Shown here: piece by piece, positions 11,551 through 27,600 of the stretch
Numbering within the stretch: the first letter of the stretch is position 1
How the letters are laid out: each line of letters begins with the position of its first letter
NCBI GenBank assembly: GCA_964016885.1
Contig: CAXHJY010001327.1
Location: 62,001-126,000, forward strand
Direction: 5' to 3'
Length of the DNA stretch: 64,000 nt
DNA from: Eledone cirrhosa
Lineage: Eukaryota
The notes under the pieces: model-generated
The model's database searches: none
What the model was told of the DNA's origin: nothing
The model's input: the letters and a program-made list of their open reading frames with translations, nothing else
Translations under genes and position numbers: made by a program

Positions 11551-13317
11551 TTATAATACTGTGGAACTTTGGTTAACCTAACTTAATAAAATACTATTTA
11601 TAATACTGTGGGACCTTGGTTAAGCTAACTTAATAAAATACTATTACAATACTGTGGAACTTTGGTTAACTTAACTTAATAAAATACTATTATAATACTG
11701 TGGAACTTTGGTTAACCTAACTTAATAAAATACTATTATAATACTGTGGAACATTGGTTAACCTAACTTAATAAAATACCAATATAATACTGTGGAACCC
11801 TGGTTAACCTAACTTAATAAAATATGAATATAATACTGCGGAACTTTGGTTAACCTAACTTAATAAAATACTAATATAATACTGCGGAACATTGGTTAAC
11901 CTAACTTAATAAAATACGAATATAATACTGCGGAACTTTGGTTAACCTAACTTAATAAAATACTAATATAATACTGCGGAACATTGGTTGATCTAACTTA
12001 ATAAAATACTATTTATAATACTGTGGGACCTTGGTCAACCTAACTTAATAAAATACTATTATAATACTGTGTAACTTTGGTTAACCTAACTTAATAAAAT
12101 ACCAATATAATACTGTGCAACCTTGGTTAGCCTAACTTAATAAAATACTATTATAATACTGTGGAACTTTGGTTAACCTAACTTAATAAAATACCATTAT
12201 AATACTGTGGAACTTTAGTTAACCTAACTTAATAAAATACCATTATAATACTGTGGAACATTGGTTAACCTAACTTAATAGATTACCATTCTAATACTGT
12301 GGAAGTTTGGTTAAACAAACTTAATAAAATACTATTTATAATACCATGGAACCTTTTTGGTTAACCTAACTTAATAGAATACTATTATAATACTGTGGAA
12401 CTTTGGTTAACCTATTTGGTTAACTTAACTCAAAATTCTAATACAATACTGCGGAACCTTGGTTAACCTAACTTAATAAAATACTATTATAATACTGTGG
12501 AACCTTGGTTAACCTAACTTAATAAAATACTATTGTAATACTGTGGAACTTTGGTTAACTTAACGTAATAAAATACTATTTATAATACCATGGAACCTTT
12601 TTGGTTAATCTAACTTAATAAAATACTATAATAATACTGTGGAACTTTGGTTAACCTAACTTAATAAAATACCATTATAATACTGTGGAACCTTGATTAA
12701 CCTAACTTAATAGAATACCATTCTAATACTGTGGAACTTTGGTTAATCAAATTAATAAAATAGTATTTATAATACCGTGGAACCTTTTTGGTTAACCTAA
12801 CTTAATAAAATACTATTATAATACTGTGGAACTTTAGTTAACCTATTTGGTTAACCTAACTTAATAAAATACTATTATAATAGTGTGGAACCTTGGTTAA
12901 CCTAACTTAATAAAATACTATAATAATACTGTGGAAGTTTGGTTAACCAAACTTAATAAAATAGTATTATAATACTGTGGAACTTTGGTGAACCTATTTG
13001 GTTAACCAAACTTAATAAAATACTATTTATAATACTGTGGAACTTTGGTTAACCTCACTTAATAAAATAGCAACATAAAACTGTGGAATTTGGTTAACCT
13101 AACTTAATAAAATACCAATATAATACTGTGGAACTTTTGTTAACCTAACTTAATAAAATACTATTATAATACTGTGGAACTTTTGTTAACCTAACTTAAT
13201 AAAATACTATTATAATACTGTGGAACTTTTGTTAACCTAACTTAATAAAATACTATTATAATACTGTGGAAGTTTGGTTAACCAAACTTAATAAAATACC
13301 ATTATAATACTGTGGAA

Positions 13318-13487
13318 CCACAGTATTATAATGGTATTTTATTAAGTTAGGTTAATCAAAGCTCCAGAGTATTATAATTGTTTCCACTTTTGGCACAAGG
13401 CCATCAATTACCCAGTACATTACTGATAAAATAAAGTACAAGTAATGTACGGAGTATTTGATGGCCTTGTGCCAAAAGTGGAAACAA
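13318..13487. repeat. Cassette copy 8 (subtype A)
   Basis: AAAGCTCCAGAG marker and private GTACGGAG change. Confidence 0.96.
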
Positions 13488-14700
13488 TTATAATACTGTG
13501 GAACTCTGGTTAATCTAACTTAATAAAATACTATTATAATACTGTGGAACTTTGGTTAACCTAACTTAATAAAATACTATTATAATACTGTGGAACTTTG
13601 GTTAACCTAACTAAATAAAATACTATTATAATACTGTGGAACTTTGGTTAACCTAACTTAATAAAATACCATTATAATACTGTGGCACTTTGGTTAACCT
13701 AACTTAATAAAATACTATTATAATACTGTGGAACTTTGGTTAACCTAACTTAATAAAATACTATTATAATACTGTGGAACTTTGGTTAACCTAACTTAAT
13801 AAAATACCATTATAATACTGTGGCACTTTGGTTAACCTAACTTAATAAAATACTATTATAATACTGTGGAACTTTGGTTAACCTAACTTAATAAAATACT
13901 ATTATAATGCTGTGGAACTTTCGTTAACCTATCTTAATAAAATACCAATATAATACTGCGGAACATTGGTTAACCTAACTTAATAAAATATTATTACAAT
14001 ACTGTGGAACTTTGGTTAACCTAACTTAATAAAATACTAATATAATACTGCGGAACAATGGTTAACCTAACTTAATAAAATACGAATATAATACTGCGGA
14101 ACTTTGGTTAACCTAACTTAATAAAATATTAATATAATACTGCGGAACATTGGTTAACCTAACTTAATAAAATACCAATATAACACTGCGGAACTTTGGT
14201 TAACCTAACTTAATAAAATACTAATATAATACTGCGGAACATTGGTTGATGTAACTTAATAAAATACTATTTATAATACTGTGGGACCTTGGTTAACCTA
14301 ACTTAATAAAATACTATTATAATACTGTGTAACTTTGGTTAACCTAACTTAATAAAATACCAATATAATACTGTGCAAACTTGGTTAACCTAACTTAATA
14401 AAATACTATTATAATACTGTGGAACTTTGGTTAACCTAACTTAATAAAATATCAATATAATACTGTGGAATGTTGGTTAACCTAACTTAATAAAATACTA
14501 TTATAATACTGTGGAACTTTGGTTAACCGAACTTAATAAAATACTATTATAATACTGTGGAACTTTTGTTAACCTAACTTAATAAAATACTATTATAATA
14601 CTGTGGAACATTGGTTAACCTAACTTAATAAAATACTATTATAATACTGTGGAAGTTTGGTTAACCAAACTTCATAAAATACCATTATAATACTGTGAAA

Positions 14701-14870
14701 CCACAGTATTATAATGGTATTTTATTAAGTTAGGTTAATGAAAGTTCCACAGTATTATAATTGTTTCCACTTTTGGCACAAGGCCATCAATTACCCAGTA
14801 CATTACTGATAAAATAAAGTACAAGTAATGTACTGAGTATTTGATGGCCTTGTGCCAAAAGTGGAAACAA
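14701..14870. repeat. Cassette copy 9 (subtype B)
   Basis: GTGAAACCAC and TAATGAAAG markers. Confidence 0.96.
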
Positions 14871-17157
14871 TTATAATACTGTGGAACTTTGGTTAACCTA
14901 ACTTAATAAAATACCATTATAATGCTGTGGCACTTTGGTTAACCTAACTTAATAAAATACTATTACAATACTGCGGAACCTTGGTTAACCTAACTTAATA
15001 AAATACCATTATAACACTGTGGAACTTTGGTTAACATAACTTAATAAAATACCAATATAATACTGTGGAACTTTGGTTAACCTAACTTAATAAAATACTA
15101 ATATAATACTGCGGAACATTGGTTAACCTAACTTAATAAAATACGAATATAAAACTGCGGAACTTTGGTTAACCTAACTTAATAAAATACTAATATAATA
15201 CTGCGGAACTTTGGTTAATCTAACTGAATAGAATACCATTGTAATACTGTGGAACTTTGGTTAACCTAACTTAATAAAATGCTATCATAATACTGTGGAA
15301 CCTTGGTTAACCTAACTTAATAAAATACTATTATAATACTGTGTAACTTTGGTTAACCTAACTTAATAAAATACCAATATAATACTGTGCAACCTTGGTT
15401 AGCCTAACTTAATAAAATACTATTATAATACTGTGGAACTTTGGTTAACCTAACTTAATAAAATACCATTATAATACTGTGGAACTTTAGTTAACCTAAC
15501 TTAATAAAATACTATTATAATACTGTGGAACATTGGTTAACCTAACTTAATAGATTACCATTCTAATACTGTGGAAGTTTGGTTAAACAAACTTAATAAA
15601 ATACTATTTATAATACCATGGAACCTTTTTGGTTAACCTAACTTAATAGAATACTATTATAATACTGTGGAACTTTGGTTAACCTATTTGGTTAACTTAA
15701 CTCAAAATTCTAATACAATACTGCGGAACCTTGGTTAACCTAACTTAATAAAATACTATTATAATACTGTGGAACCTTGGTTAACCTAACTTAATAAAAT
15801 ACTATTGTAATACTGTGGAACTTTGGTTAACTTAACGTAATAAAATACTATTTATAATACCATGGAACCTTTTTGGTTAATCTAACTTAATAAAATACTA
15901 TAATAATACTGTGGAACTTTGGTTAACCTAACTTAATAAAATACCATTATAATACTGTGGAACCTTGATTAACCTAACTTAATAGAATACCATTCTAATA
16001 CTGTGGAACTTTGGTTAATCAAATTAATAAAATACTATTTATAATACCGTGGAACCTTTTTGGTTAACCTAACTTAATAAAATACTATTATAATACTGTG
16101 GAACTTTAGTTAACCTATTTGGTTAACCTAACTTAATAAAATACTATTATAATAGTGTGGAACCTTGGTTAACCTAACTTAATAAAATACTATAATAATA
16201 CTGTGGAAGTTTGGTTAACCAAACTTAATAAAATAGTATTATAATACTGTGGAACTTTGGTGAACCTATTTGGTTAACCAAACTTAATAAAATACTATTT
16301 ATAATACTGTGGAACTTTGGTTAACCTCACTTAATAAAATAGCAACATAAAACTGTGGAATTTGGTTAACCTAACTTAATAAAATACCAATATAATACTT
16401 TGGAACTTTTGTTAACCTAACTTAATAAAATACTATTATAATACTGTGGAACTTTTGTTAACCTAACTTAATAAAATACTATAATAATACTGTGGAACTT
16501 TGGTTAACCTAACGTAATAAAATACCATTATAATACTGTGGAACCTTGATTAATCTAACTTAATAGAATACCATTCTAATACTGTGGAACTTTGGTTAAT
16601 CAAACTTAATAAAATACTATTTATAATACCGTGGAACCTTTTTGGTTAACCTAACTTGATAAAATACTATTATAATAGTGGAACTTTGTTTAACCTATTT
16701 GGTTAACCTAACTTAATAAAATACTATTTATAATACTGTGGAACTTTGGTTTAACCAAACTTAATAAAATACCAATATAATACTGTGGAACTTTGGTTAA
16801 TCAAATTAATAAAATACTATTATAATACTGTGGAACTTTGGTTAACCTAACTTAATAAAATACTATTATAATACTGTGGAACTTTGGTTAACCTAACTTA
16901 ATAAAATACTATTATAATACTGTGGAACTTTGGTTACCCTAACTTAATAAAATACTATTATAATACTGTGGAACTTTGGTTAACCTAACTTAATAAAATA
17001 CTATTATAATACTGTGGAAGTTTGGTTAACCTAACTTAATAAAATACTATTATAATACTGTGGAACTTTGGTTAACCTAACTTAATAAAATACTATTATA
17101 ATACTGTGGAAGTTTGGTTAACCAAACTTGATAAAATACCATTATAATACTGTGAAA

Positions 17158-17327
17158 CCACAGTATTATAATGGTATTTTATTAAGTTAGGTTAATGAAA
17201 GTTCCACAGTATTATAATTGTTTCCACTTTTGGCACAAGGCCATCAATTACCCAGTACATTACTGATAAAATAAAGTACAAGTAATGTACTGAGTATTTG
17301 ATGGCCTTGTGCCAAAAGTGGAAACAA
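17158..17327. repeat. Cassette copy 10 (subtype B)
   Basis: GTGAAACCAC and TAATGAAAG markers. Confidence 0.96.
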
Positions 17328-19336
17328 TTATAATACTGTGGAACTCTGGTTAACCTAACTTAATAAAATACTATTATAATACTGTGGAACTTTGGTTAAC
17401 CTAACTTAATAAAATACTATTATAATACTGTGGAACTTTGGTTAACCTAACTAAATAAAATACTATTATAATACTGTGGAACTTTGGTTAACCTAACTTA
17501 ATAAAATACCATTATAATGCTGTGGCACTTTGGTTAACCTAACTTAATAAAATACTATTACAATACTGCGGAACCTTGGTTAACCTAACTTAATAAAATA
17601 CCATTATAACACTGTGGAACTTTGGTTAACATAACTTAATAAAATACCAATATAATACTGTGGAACTTTGGTTAACCTAACTTAATAAAATACTAATATA
17701 ATACTGCGGAACATTGGTTAACCTAACTTAATAAAATACGAATATAAAACTGCGGAGCTTTGGTTAACCTAACTTAATAAAATACCAATGTAATACTGCG
17801 GAACATTGGTTAACCTAACTTAATAAAATATTATTATAATACTGTGGAACTTTGGTTAACCTAACTTAATAAAATACTAATATAATACTGCGGAACAATG
17901 GTTAACCTAACTTAATAAAATACGAATATAATACTGCGGAACTTTGGTTAACCTAACTTAATAAAATATTAATATAATACTGCGGAACATTGGTTAACCT
18001 AACTTAATAAAATACCAATATAACACTGCGGAACTTTGGTTAACCTAACTTAATAAAATACTAATATAATACTGCGGAACATTGGTTGATGTAACTTAAT
18101 AAAATACTATTTATAATACTGTGGGACCTTGGTTAACCTAACTTAATAAAATACTATTATAATACTGTGTAACTTTGGTTAACCTAACTTAATAAAATAC
18201 CAATATAATACTGTGCAACCTTGGTTAACCTAACTTAATAAAATACTATTATAATACTGTGGAACTTTGGTTAACCTAACTTAATAAAATACTATTATAA
18301 TACTGTGGAACTTTGGTTAACCTAACTTAATAAAATATCAATATAATACTGTGGAATGTTGGTTAACCTAACTTAATAAAATACTATTATAATACTGTGG
18401 AACTTTGGTTAACCGAACTTAATAAAATACTATTATAATACTGTGGAACTTTTGTTAACCTAACTTAATAAAATACTATTATAATACTGTGGAACATTGG
18501 TTAACCTAACTTAATAAAATACTATTATAATACTGTGGAACTTTGGTTAACCTAACTTAATAAAATACTATCATAATACTGTGGAACTTTGGTTAACCTA
18601 ACTTAATAAAATACTAATATAATACTGCGGAACATTGGTTAACCTAACTTAATAAAATACGAATATAATACGGTGGCACTTTGGTTAACCTAACTTAATA
18701 AAATACCATTATAATACTGTGGAACTTTAGTTAACCTAACTTAATAAAATACCATTATAATACTGTGGAACATTGGTTAACCTAACTTAATAGATTACCA
18801 TTCTAATACTGTGGAAGTTTGGTTAAACAAACTTAATAAAATACTATTTATAATACCATGGAACCTTTTTGGTTAACCTAACTTAATAGAATACTATTAT
18901 AATACTGTGGAACTTTGGTTAACCTATTTGGTTAACTTAACTCAAAATTCTAATACAATACTGCGGAACCTTGGTTAACCTAACTTAATAAAATACTATT
19001 ATAATACTGTGGAACCTTGGTTAACCTAACTTAATAAAATACTATTTATAATACTGTGGAACTTTGGTTAACCTCACTTAATAAAATAGCAATATAAAAC
19101 TGTGGAATTTGGTTAACCTAACTTAATAAAATACCAATATAATACTGTGGAACTTTTGTTAACCTAACTTAATAAAATACTATTATAATACTGTGGAACT
19201 TTTGTTAACCTAACTTAATAAAATACTATTATAATACTGTGGAACTTTTGTTAACCTAACTTAATAAAATACTATTATAATACTGTGGAAGTTTGGTTAA
19301 CCAAACTTAATAAAATACCATTATAATACTGTGGAA

Positions 19337-19506
19337 CCACAGTATTATAATGGTATTTTATTAAGTTAGGTTAATCAAAGCTCCAGAGTATTATAATTGT
19401 TTCCACTTTTGGCACAAGGCCATCAATTACCCAGTACATTACTGATAAAATAAAGTACAAGTAATGTACTGAGTATTTGATGGCCTTGTGCCAAAAGTGG
19501 AAACAA
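19337..19506. repeat. Cassette copy 11 (subtype A)
   Basis: AAAGCTCCAGAG marker. Confidence 0.96.
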
Positions 19507-20719
19507 TTATAATACTGTGGAACTCTGGTTAACCTAACTTAATAAAATACTATTATAATACTGTGGAACTTTGGTTAACCTAACTTAATAAAATACTATT
19601 ATAATACTGTGGAACTTTGGTTAACCTAACTAAATAAAATACTATTATAATACTGTGGAACTTTGGTTAACCTAACTTAATAAAATACTATTATAATACT
19701 GTGGAACTTTGGTTAACCTAACTTAATAAAATACTATTATAATACTGTGGAACTTTGGTTAACCTAACTTAATAAAATACCATTATAATACTGTGGCACT
19801 TTGGTTAACCTAACTTAATAAAATACTATTATAATACTGTGGAACTTTGGTTAACCTAACTTAATAAAATACTATTATAATGCTGTGGAACTTTCGTTAA
19901 CCTATCTTAATAAAATACCAATATAATACTGCGGAACATTGGTTAACCTAACTTAATAAAATATTATTATAATACTGTGGAACTTTGGTTAACCTAACTT
20001 AATAAAATACTAATATAATACTGCGGAACAATGGTTAACCTAACTTAATAAAATACGAATATAATACTGCGGAACTTTGGTTAACCTAACTTAATAAAAT
20101 ATTAATATAATACTGCGGAACATTGGTTAACCTAACTTAATAAAATACCAATATAACACTGCGGAACTTTGGTTAACCTAACTTAATAAAATACTAATAT
20201 AATACTGCGGAACATTGGTTGATGTAACTTAATAAAATACTATTTATAATACTGTGGGACCTTGGTTAACCTAACTTAATAAAATACTATTATAATACTG
20301 TGTAACTTTGGTTAACCTAACTTAATAAAATACCAATATAATACTGTGCAACCTTGGTTAACCTAACTTAATAAAATACTATTATAATACTGTGGAACTT
20401 TGGTTAACCTAACTTAATAAAATACTATTATAATACTGTGGAACTTTGGTTAACCTAACTTAATAAAATATCAATATAATACTGTGGAATGTTGGTTAAC
20501 CTAACTTAATAAAATACTATTATAATACTGTGGAACTTTGGTTAACCGAACTTAATAAAATACTATTATAATACTGTGGAACTTTTGTTAACCTAACTTA
20601 ATAAAATACTATTATAATACTGTGGAACATTGGTTAACCTAACTTAATAAAATACTATTATAATACTGTGGAAGTTTGGTTAACCAAACTTGATAAAATA
20701 CCATTATAATACTGTGAAA

Positions 20720-20889
20720 CCACAGTATTATAATGGTATTTTATTAAGTTAGGTTAATGAAAGTTCCACAGTATTATAATTGTTTCCACTTTTGGCACAA
20801 GGCCATCAATTACCCAGTACATTACTGATAAAATAAAGTACAAGTAATGTACTGAGTATTTGATGGCCTTATGCCAAAAGTGGAAACAA
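20720..20889. repeat. Cassette copy 12 (subtype B)
   Basis: GTGAAACCAC and TAATGAAAG markers, with private CCTTATGCC change. Confidence 0.96.
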
Positions 20890-23800
20890 TTATAATACTG
20901 TGGAACTTTGGTTAACATAACTTAATAAAATACCAATATAATACTGTGGAACTTTGGTTAACCTAACTTAATAAAATACTAATATAATACTGCGGAACTT
21001 TGGTTAATCTAACTTAATAGAATACCATTCTAATACTGTGGAACTTTGGTTAACCTAACTTAATAAAATGCTATCATAATACTGTGGAACCTTGGTTAAC
21101 CTAACTTAATAAAATACCATTATAATACTGTGGAACTTTGGTTAACCTAACTTAATAAAATAATATTATAATACTGTGGGACCTTGGTTAACCTAACTTA
21201 ATAAAATACTATTATAATACTGTGTAACTTTGGTTAACCTAACTTAATAAAATACCAATATAATACTGTGCAACCTTGGTTAACCTAACTTAATAAAATA
21301 CTATTATAATACTGTGGAACCTTGGTTAACCTAACTTAATAAAATACTCTTATAATACTGTGGAACTTTGGTTAACAAAACTTAATAAAATACTATTATA
21401 ATAATGTGGAACTTTGGTTAACCTAACTTAATAAAATACCATTATAATACTGTGGAACCTTGATTAACCTAACTTAATAGAATACCATTCTAATACTTTG
21501 GAACTTTGGTTAATCAAACTTAATAAAATACTATTTATAATACCGTGGATCCTTTTTTGTTAACCTAACTTAATAAAATACTATTATAATACTGTGGAAC
21601 TTTAGTTAACCTATTTGGTTAACCTAACTTAATAAAATACTATTATAATAGTGGAACTTTGGTTAACCTAACTTAATAAAATACTATTTATAATACTGTG
21701 GAACCTTTGTTAACCTAACTTAATAAAATACTATTATAATACTGTGGAACTTTGGTTAACCTAACTTAATAAAATACCAATATAATACTGTGGAACTTTG
21801 GTTAACCTAACAATAAAATACTATTATAATACTGTGGAACTTTGGTTAACCTAACTTAATAAAATACTATTATAATACTGTGGAACTTTGGTTAACCTAA
21901 CTTAATAAAATACCATTATAATACTGTGGAACCTTGGTTAACCTAACTTAATAAAATACTATCATAATACTGTGGAACTTTGGTTAACCTAACTTAATAG
22001 AATACCATTCTAATACTGTGGAACTTTGGTTAACCTAACTTAATAAAATACTATCATAATACTGTGGAACTTTGGTTAACCTAACTTAATAAAATACTAA
22101 TATAATACTGCGGAACATTGGTTAACCTAACTTAATAAAATACGAATATAATACGGCGGCACTTTGGTTAACCTAACTTAATAAAATACCATTATAATAC
22201 TGTAGAACTTTAGTTAACCTAACTTAATAAAATACCATTATAATACTGTGGAACATTGGTTAACCTAACTTAATAGATTACCATTCTAATACTGTGGAAG
22301 TTTGGTTAAACAAACTTAATAAAATACTATTTATAATACCATGGAACCTTTTTGGTTAACCTAACTTAATAGAATACTATTATAATACTGTGGAACTTTG
22401 GTTAACCTATTTGGTTAACTTAACTCAAAATTCTAATACAATACTGCGGAACCTTGGTTAACCTAACTTAATAAAATACTATTATAATACTGTGGAACCT
22501 TGGTTAACCTAACTTAATAAAATACTATTATAAGACTGTGGAACTTTGGTTAACCTAACTTAATAAAATACTATCATAATACTGTGGAACTTTGGTTAAC
22601 CTAACTTAATAGAATACCATTCTAATACTGTGGAACTTTGGTTAACCTAACTTAATAAAATACTATCATAATACTGTGGAACCTTGATTAACCTAACTTA
22701 ATAAAATACCATTATAATACTGCGGAACCTTGGTTAACCTAACTTAATAAAATACTATTATAATACTGTGGAACCTTGGTTAACCTAACTTAATAAAATA
22801 CTCTTATAATACTGTGGAACTTTGGTTAACCTAACTTAATAAAATACTATTATAATACTGTGGAACTTTGGTTAACCTAACCTAATAAAATACTATTATA
22901 ATACTATGGAACTTTGGTTAACCTAACTTAATAAAATACTATCATAATACTGTGGAACTTTGGTTAATCTAACATAATAGAATACCATTCTAATACTGTG
23001 GAACTTTCGTTAACCTAACTTAGTAAAATACTATCATAATACTGTGGAACCTTGGTTAACCTAACTTAATAAAATACCATTATAATACTGTGGAACCTTG
23101 GTTAACCTAACTTAATAAAATACTATTATAATACTGTGGAAATTTAGTTAACCTATTTGGTTAACCTAACTTAATAAAATACTAATACAATACTGTGGTA
23201 CCTTGGTTAGCCTAACTTAATAAAATACTATTATAATACTGTGGAACCTTGGTTAACCTAACTTAATAAAATACTCTTATAATACTGTGGAACTTTGGTT
23301 AACCTAACGTAATAAAATACCATTATAATACTGTGGAACCTTGATTAATCTAACTTAATAGAATACCATTCTAATACTGTGGAACTTTGGTTAATCAAAC
23401 TTAATAAAATACTATTTATAATACCGTGGAACCTTTTTGGTTAACCTAACTTGATAAAATACTATTATAATAGTGGAACTTTGTTTAACCTATTTGGTTA
23501 ACCTAACTTAATAAAATACTATTTATAATACTGTGGAACTTTGGTTTAACCAAACTTAATAAAATACCAATATAATACTGTGGAACTTTGGTTAATCAAA
23601 TTAATAAAATACTATTATAATACTGTGGAACTTTGGTTAACCTAACTTAATAAAATACTATTATAATACTGTGGAACTTTGGTTAACCTAACTTAATAAA
23701 ATACTATTATAATACTGTGGAACTTTGGTTACCCTAACTTAATAAAATACTATTATAATACTGTGGAACTTTGGTTAACCTAACTTAATAAAATACTATT

Positions 23801-24616
23801 ATAATACTGTGGAAGTTTGGTTAACCTAACTTAATAAAATACTATTATAATACTGTGGAACTTTGGTTAACCTAACTTAATAAAATACTATTATAATACT
23901 GTGGAACTTTGGTTAACCTAACTTAATAAGATACTATTATAATACTGTGGAACTTTGGTTAACCTAACTTAATAAAATACTATTATAATACTGTGGAACT
24001 TTGGTTAACCTAACTTAATAAAATACTATTTATAATACTGTGGGACCTTGGTTAACCTAACTTAATAAAATACTATTATAATACTGTGGAACTTTGGTTA
24101 ACCTAACTTAATAAAATACTATTATAATACTGTGGAACTTTGGTTAACCTAACTTAATAAAATACTATTATAATACTGTGGAACTTTGGTTAACCTAACT
24201 TAATAAAATACTATTATAATACTGTGGAACTTTGGTTAACCTAACTTAATAAAATACTATTATAATACTGTGGAACTTTGGTTAACCTAACTTAATAAAA
24301 TACTATTATAATACTGTGGAACTTTGGTTAACCTAACTTAATAAAATATTATTATAATACTGTGGAACTTTGGTTAACCTAACTTAATAAAATACTATTT
24401 ATAATACTGTGGGACCTTGGTTAACCTAACTTAATAAAATACTAATATAATACTGTGGAACTTTGGTTAACCTAACTTAATAAAATACCATTCTAATACT
24501 GTGGAACTTTGGTTAACCGAACTTAATAAAATACTATTATAATACTGTGGAACTTTGGTTAACCGAACTTAATAAAATACCAATATAATACTGTGGAACT
24601 TTGCTTAACCTAACGT

Positions 24617-27600
24617 AATAAAATACTATTATAATACTGTGGAACTTTGGTTAACCTAACTTAATAAAATACTATTTATAATACTGTGGGACCTTGGTTA
24701 ACCTAACTTAATAAAATACCAATATAATACTGTGGAACTTTAGTTAACCTAACTTAATAAAATACCATTCTAATACTGTGGAACTTTGGTTAACCGAGCT
24801 TAATAAAATACTATTATAATACTGTGGAACTTTGGTTAACCGAACTTAATAAAATACCAATATAATACTGTGGAATCTTGGTTAACCTAACTTAATAAAA
24901 TACTATTATAATACTGTGGAACTTTGGTTAACCTAACTTAATAAAATACTATTATAATACTGTGGAACTTTGGTTAACCTAACCTAATAAAATACTATTA
25001 TAATACTATGGAACTTTGGTTAACCTAACTTAATAAAATACTATTATAATACTGTGGAACTTTAGTTAACCTAACTTAATAAAATACTAATACAATACTG
25101 TGGTACCTTGGTTACCCTAACTTAATAAAATACTATTATAATACTGTGGAACCTTGGTTAACCTAACTTAATAAAATACTCTTATAATACTGTGGAACTT
25201 TGGTTAACCTAACGTAATAAAATACCATTATAATACTGTGGAACATTGATTAATCTAACTTAATAGTATACCATTCTAATACTCTGGAACTTTGGTTAAT
25301 CAAACTTAATAAAATACTATTTATAATACCGTGGAACCTTTTTGGTTAACCTAACTTGATAAAATACTATTATAATAGTGGAACTTTGGTTAACCTAACT
25401 TAATAAAATACTATTATAATACTGTGGAACTTTGGTTAACCTAACTTAATAAAATACTATTATAATACTGTGGAACTTTGGTTAACCTAACTTAATAAAA
25501 TACTATTATAATACTGTGGAACTTTGGTTAACCTAACTTAATAAAATACTATTATAATACTGTGGAACTTTGGTTAACCTAACTTAATAAAATACTATTA
25601 TAATACTGTGGAACTTTGGTTAACCTAACTTAATAAAATACTATTATAATACTGTGGAACTTTGGTTAACCTAACTTAATAAAATACTATTATAATACTG
25701 TGGAACTTTGGTTAACCTAACTTAATAAAATACTATTATAATACTGTGGAACTTTGGTTAACCTAACTTAATAAAATACTATTTATAATACTGTGGGACC
25801 TTGGTTAACCTAACTTAATAAAATACCAATATAATACTGTGGAACTTTGGTTAACCTAACTTAATAAAATACCATTCTAATACTGTGGAACTTTGGTTAA
25901 CCTAACTTAATAAAATACTATTATAATACTGTGGAACATTCGTTAACCTAACTTAATAAAATACCAATATAATACTGCGGAACATTGGTTAACCTAACTT
26001 AATAAAATATTATTATAATACTGTGGAACTTTGGTTAACCTAACTTAATAAAATACTATTATAATACTGTGGAACTTTGGTTAACCTAACTTAATAAAAT
26101 ACGAATATAAAACTGCGGAATTTTGGTTAACCTAACTTAATAAAATACTAATATAATACTGCGGAACATTGGTTAACCTAACTTAATAAAATACCAATAT
26201 AATACTGCGGAACTTCGGTTAACCTAACTTATTAAAATACTAATATAATACTGCGGAACATTGGTTGATCTAACTTAATAAAATACTATTTATAATACTG
26301 TGGGACCTTGGTTAACCTAACTTAATAAAATACTATTATAATACTGTGGAACGTTGGTTAACCTAACTTAATAAAATACTATTATAATACTGTGGAACTT
26401 TGGTTTAACCTAACTTAATAAAATACTATTTATAATACTGTGAAACCTTTGTTAACCTAACTTAATAAAATACTATTATAATACTGTGGAACTTTGGTTA
26501 ACCTAACTTAATAAAATACCAATATAATACTGTGAAACTTTGGTTAACCTAACTTAATAAAATACCAATATAATACTGTGGAACTTTGGTTAACCTAACG
26601 TAATAAAATACTATTATAATACTGTGGAACTTTGGTTAACCTAACTTAATAAAATACTATTATAATACTGTGGAACTTTGGTTAACCTAACTTAATAAAA
26701 TACTATTATAATACTGTGGAACTTTGGTTAACCTAACTTAATAAAATACTATTATAAGACTGTGGAACTTTGGTTAACCTAACTTAATAAAATACTATCA
26801 TAATACTGTGGAACTTTGGTTAACCTAACTTAATAGAATACCATTCTAATACTGTGGAACTTTGGTTAACCTAACTTAATAAAATACTATTATAATACTG
26901 TGGAACTTTGGTTAACCTAACTTAATAAAATACTATTATAAGACTGTGGAACTTTGGTTAACCTAACTTAATAAAATACTATCATAATACTGTGGAACTT
27001 TGGTTAACCTAACTTAATAGAATACCATTATAATACTGCGGAACCTTGGTTAACCTAACTTAACAAAATACTATTATAATACTGTGGAACCTTGGTTAAC
27101 CTAACTTAATAAAATACTCTTATAATACTGTGGAACTTTGGTTAACCTAACGTAATAAAATACCATTATAATACTGTGGAACTTTGGTTAACCTAACTTA
27201 ATAAAATACCATTATAATACTGTGGAACCTTGATTAATCTAACTTAATAGAATACCATTCTAATACTGTGGAACTTTGGTTAATCAAACTTAAAATACTA
27301 TTTATAATACCGTGGAACCTTTTTGGTTAACCTAACTTGATAAAATACTATTATAATAGTGGAACTTGGGTTAACCTAACTTAATAAAATACTATTATAA
27401 TACTGTGGAACTTTGGTTAACCTAACTTAATAAAATACTATTATAATACTGTGGAACTTTGGTTAACCTAACTTAATAAAATACTATTATAATACTGTGG
27501 AACTTGGTTAACCTAACTTAATAAAATACTATTATAATACTGTGGAACTTTGGTTAACCTAACTTAATAAAATACTATTTATAATACTGTGGGACCTTGG

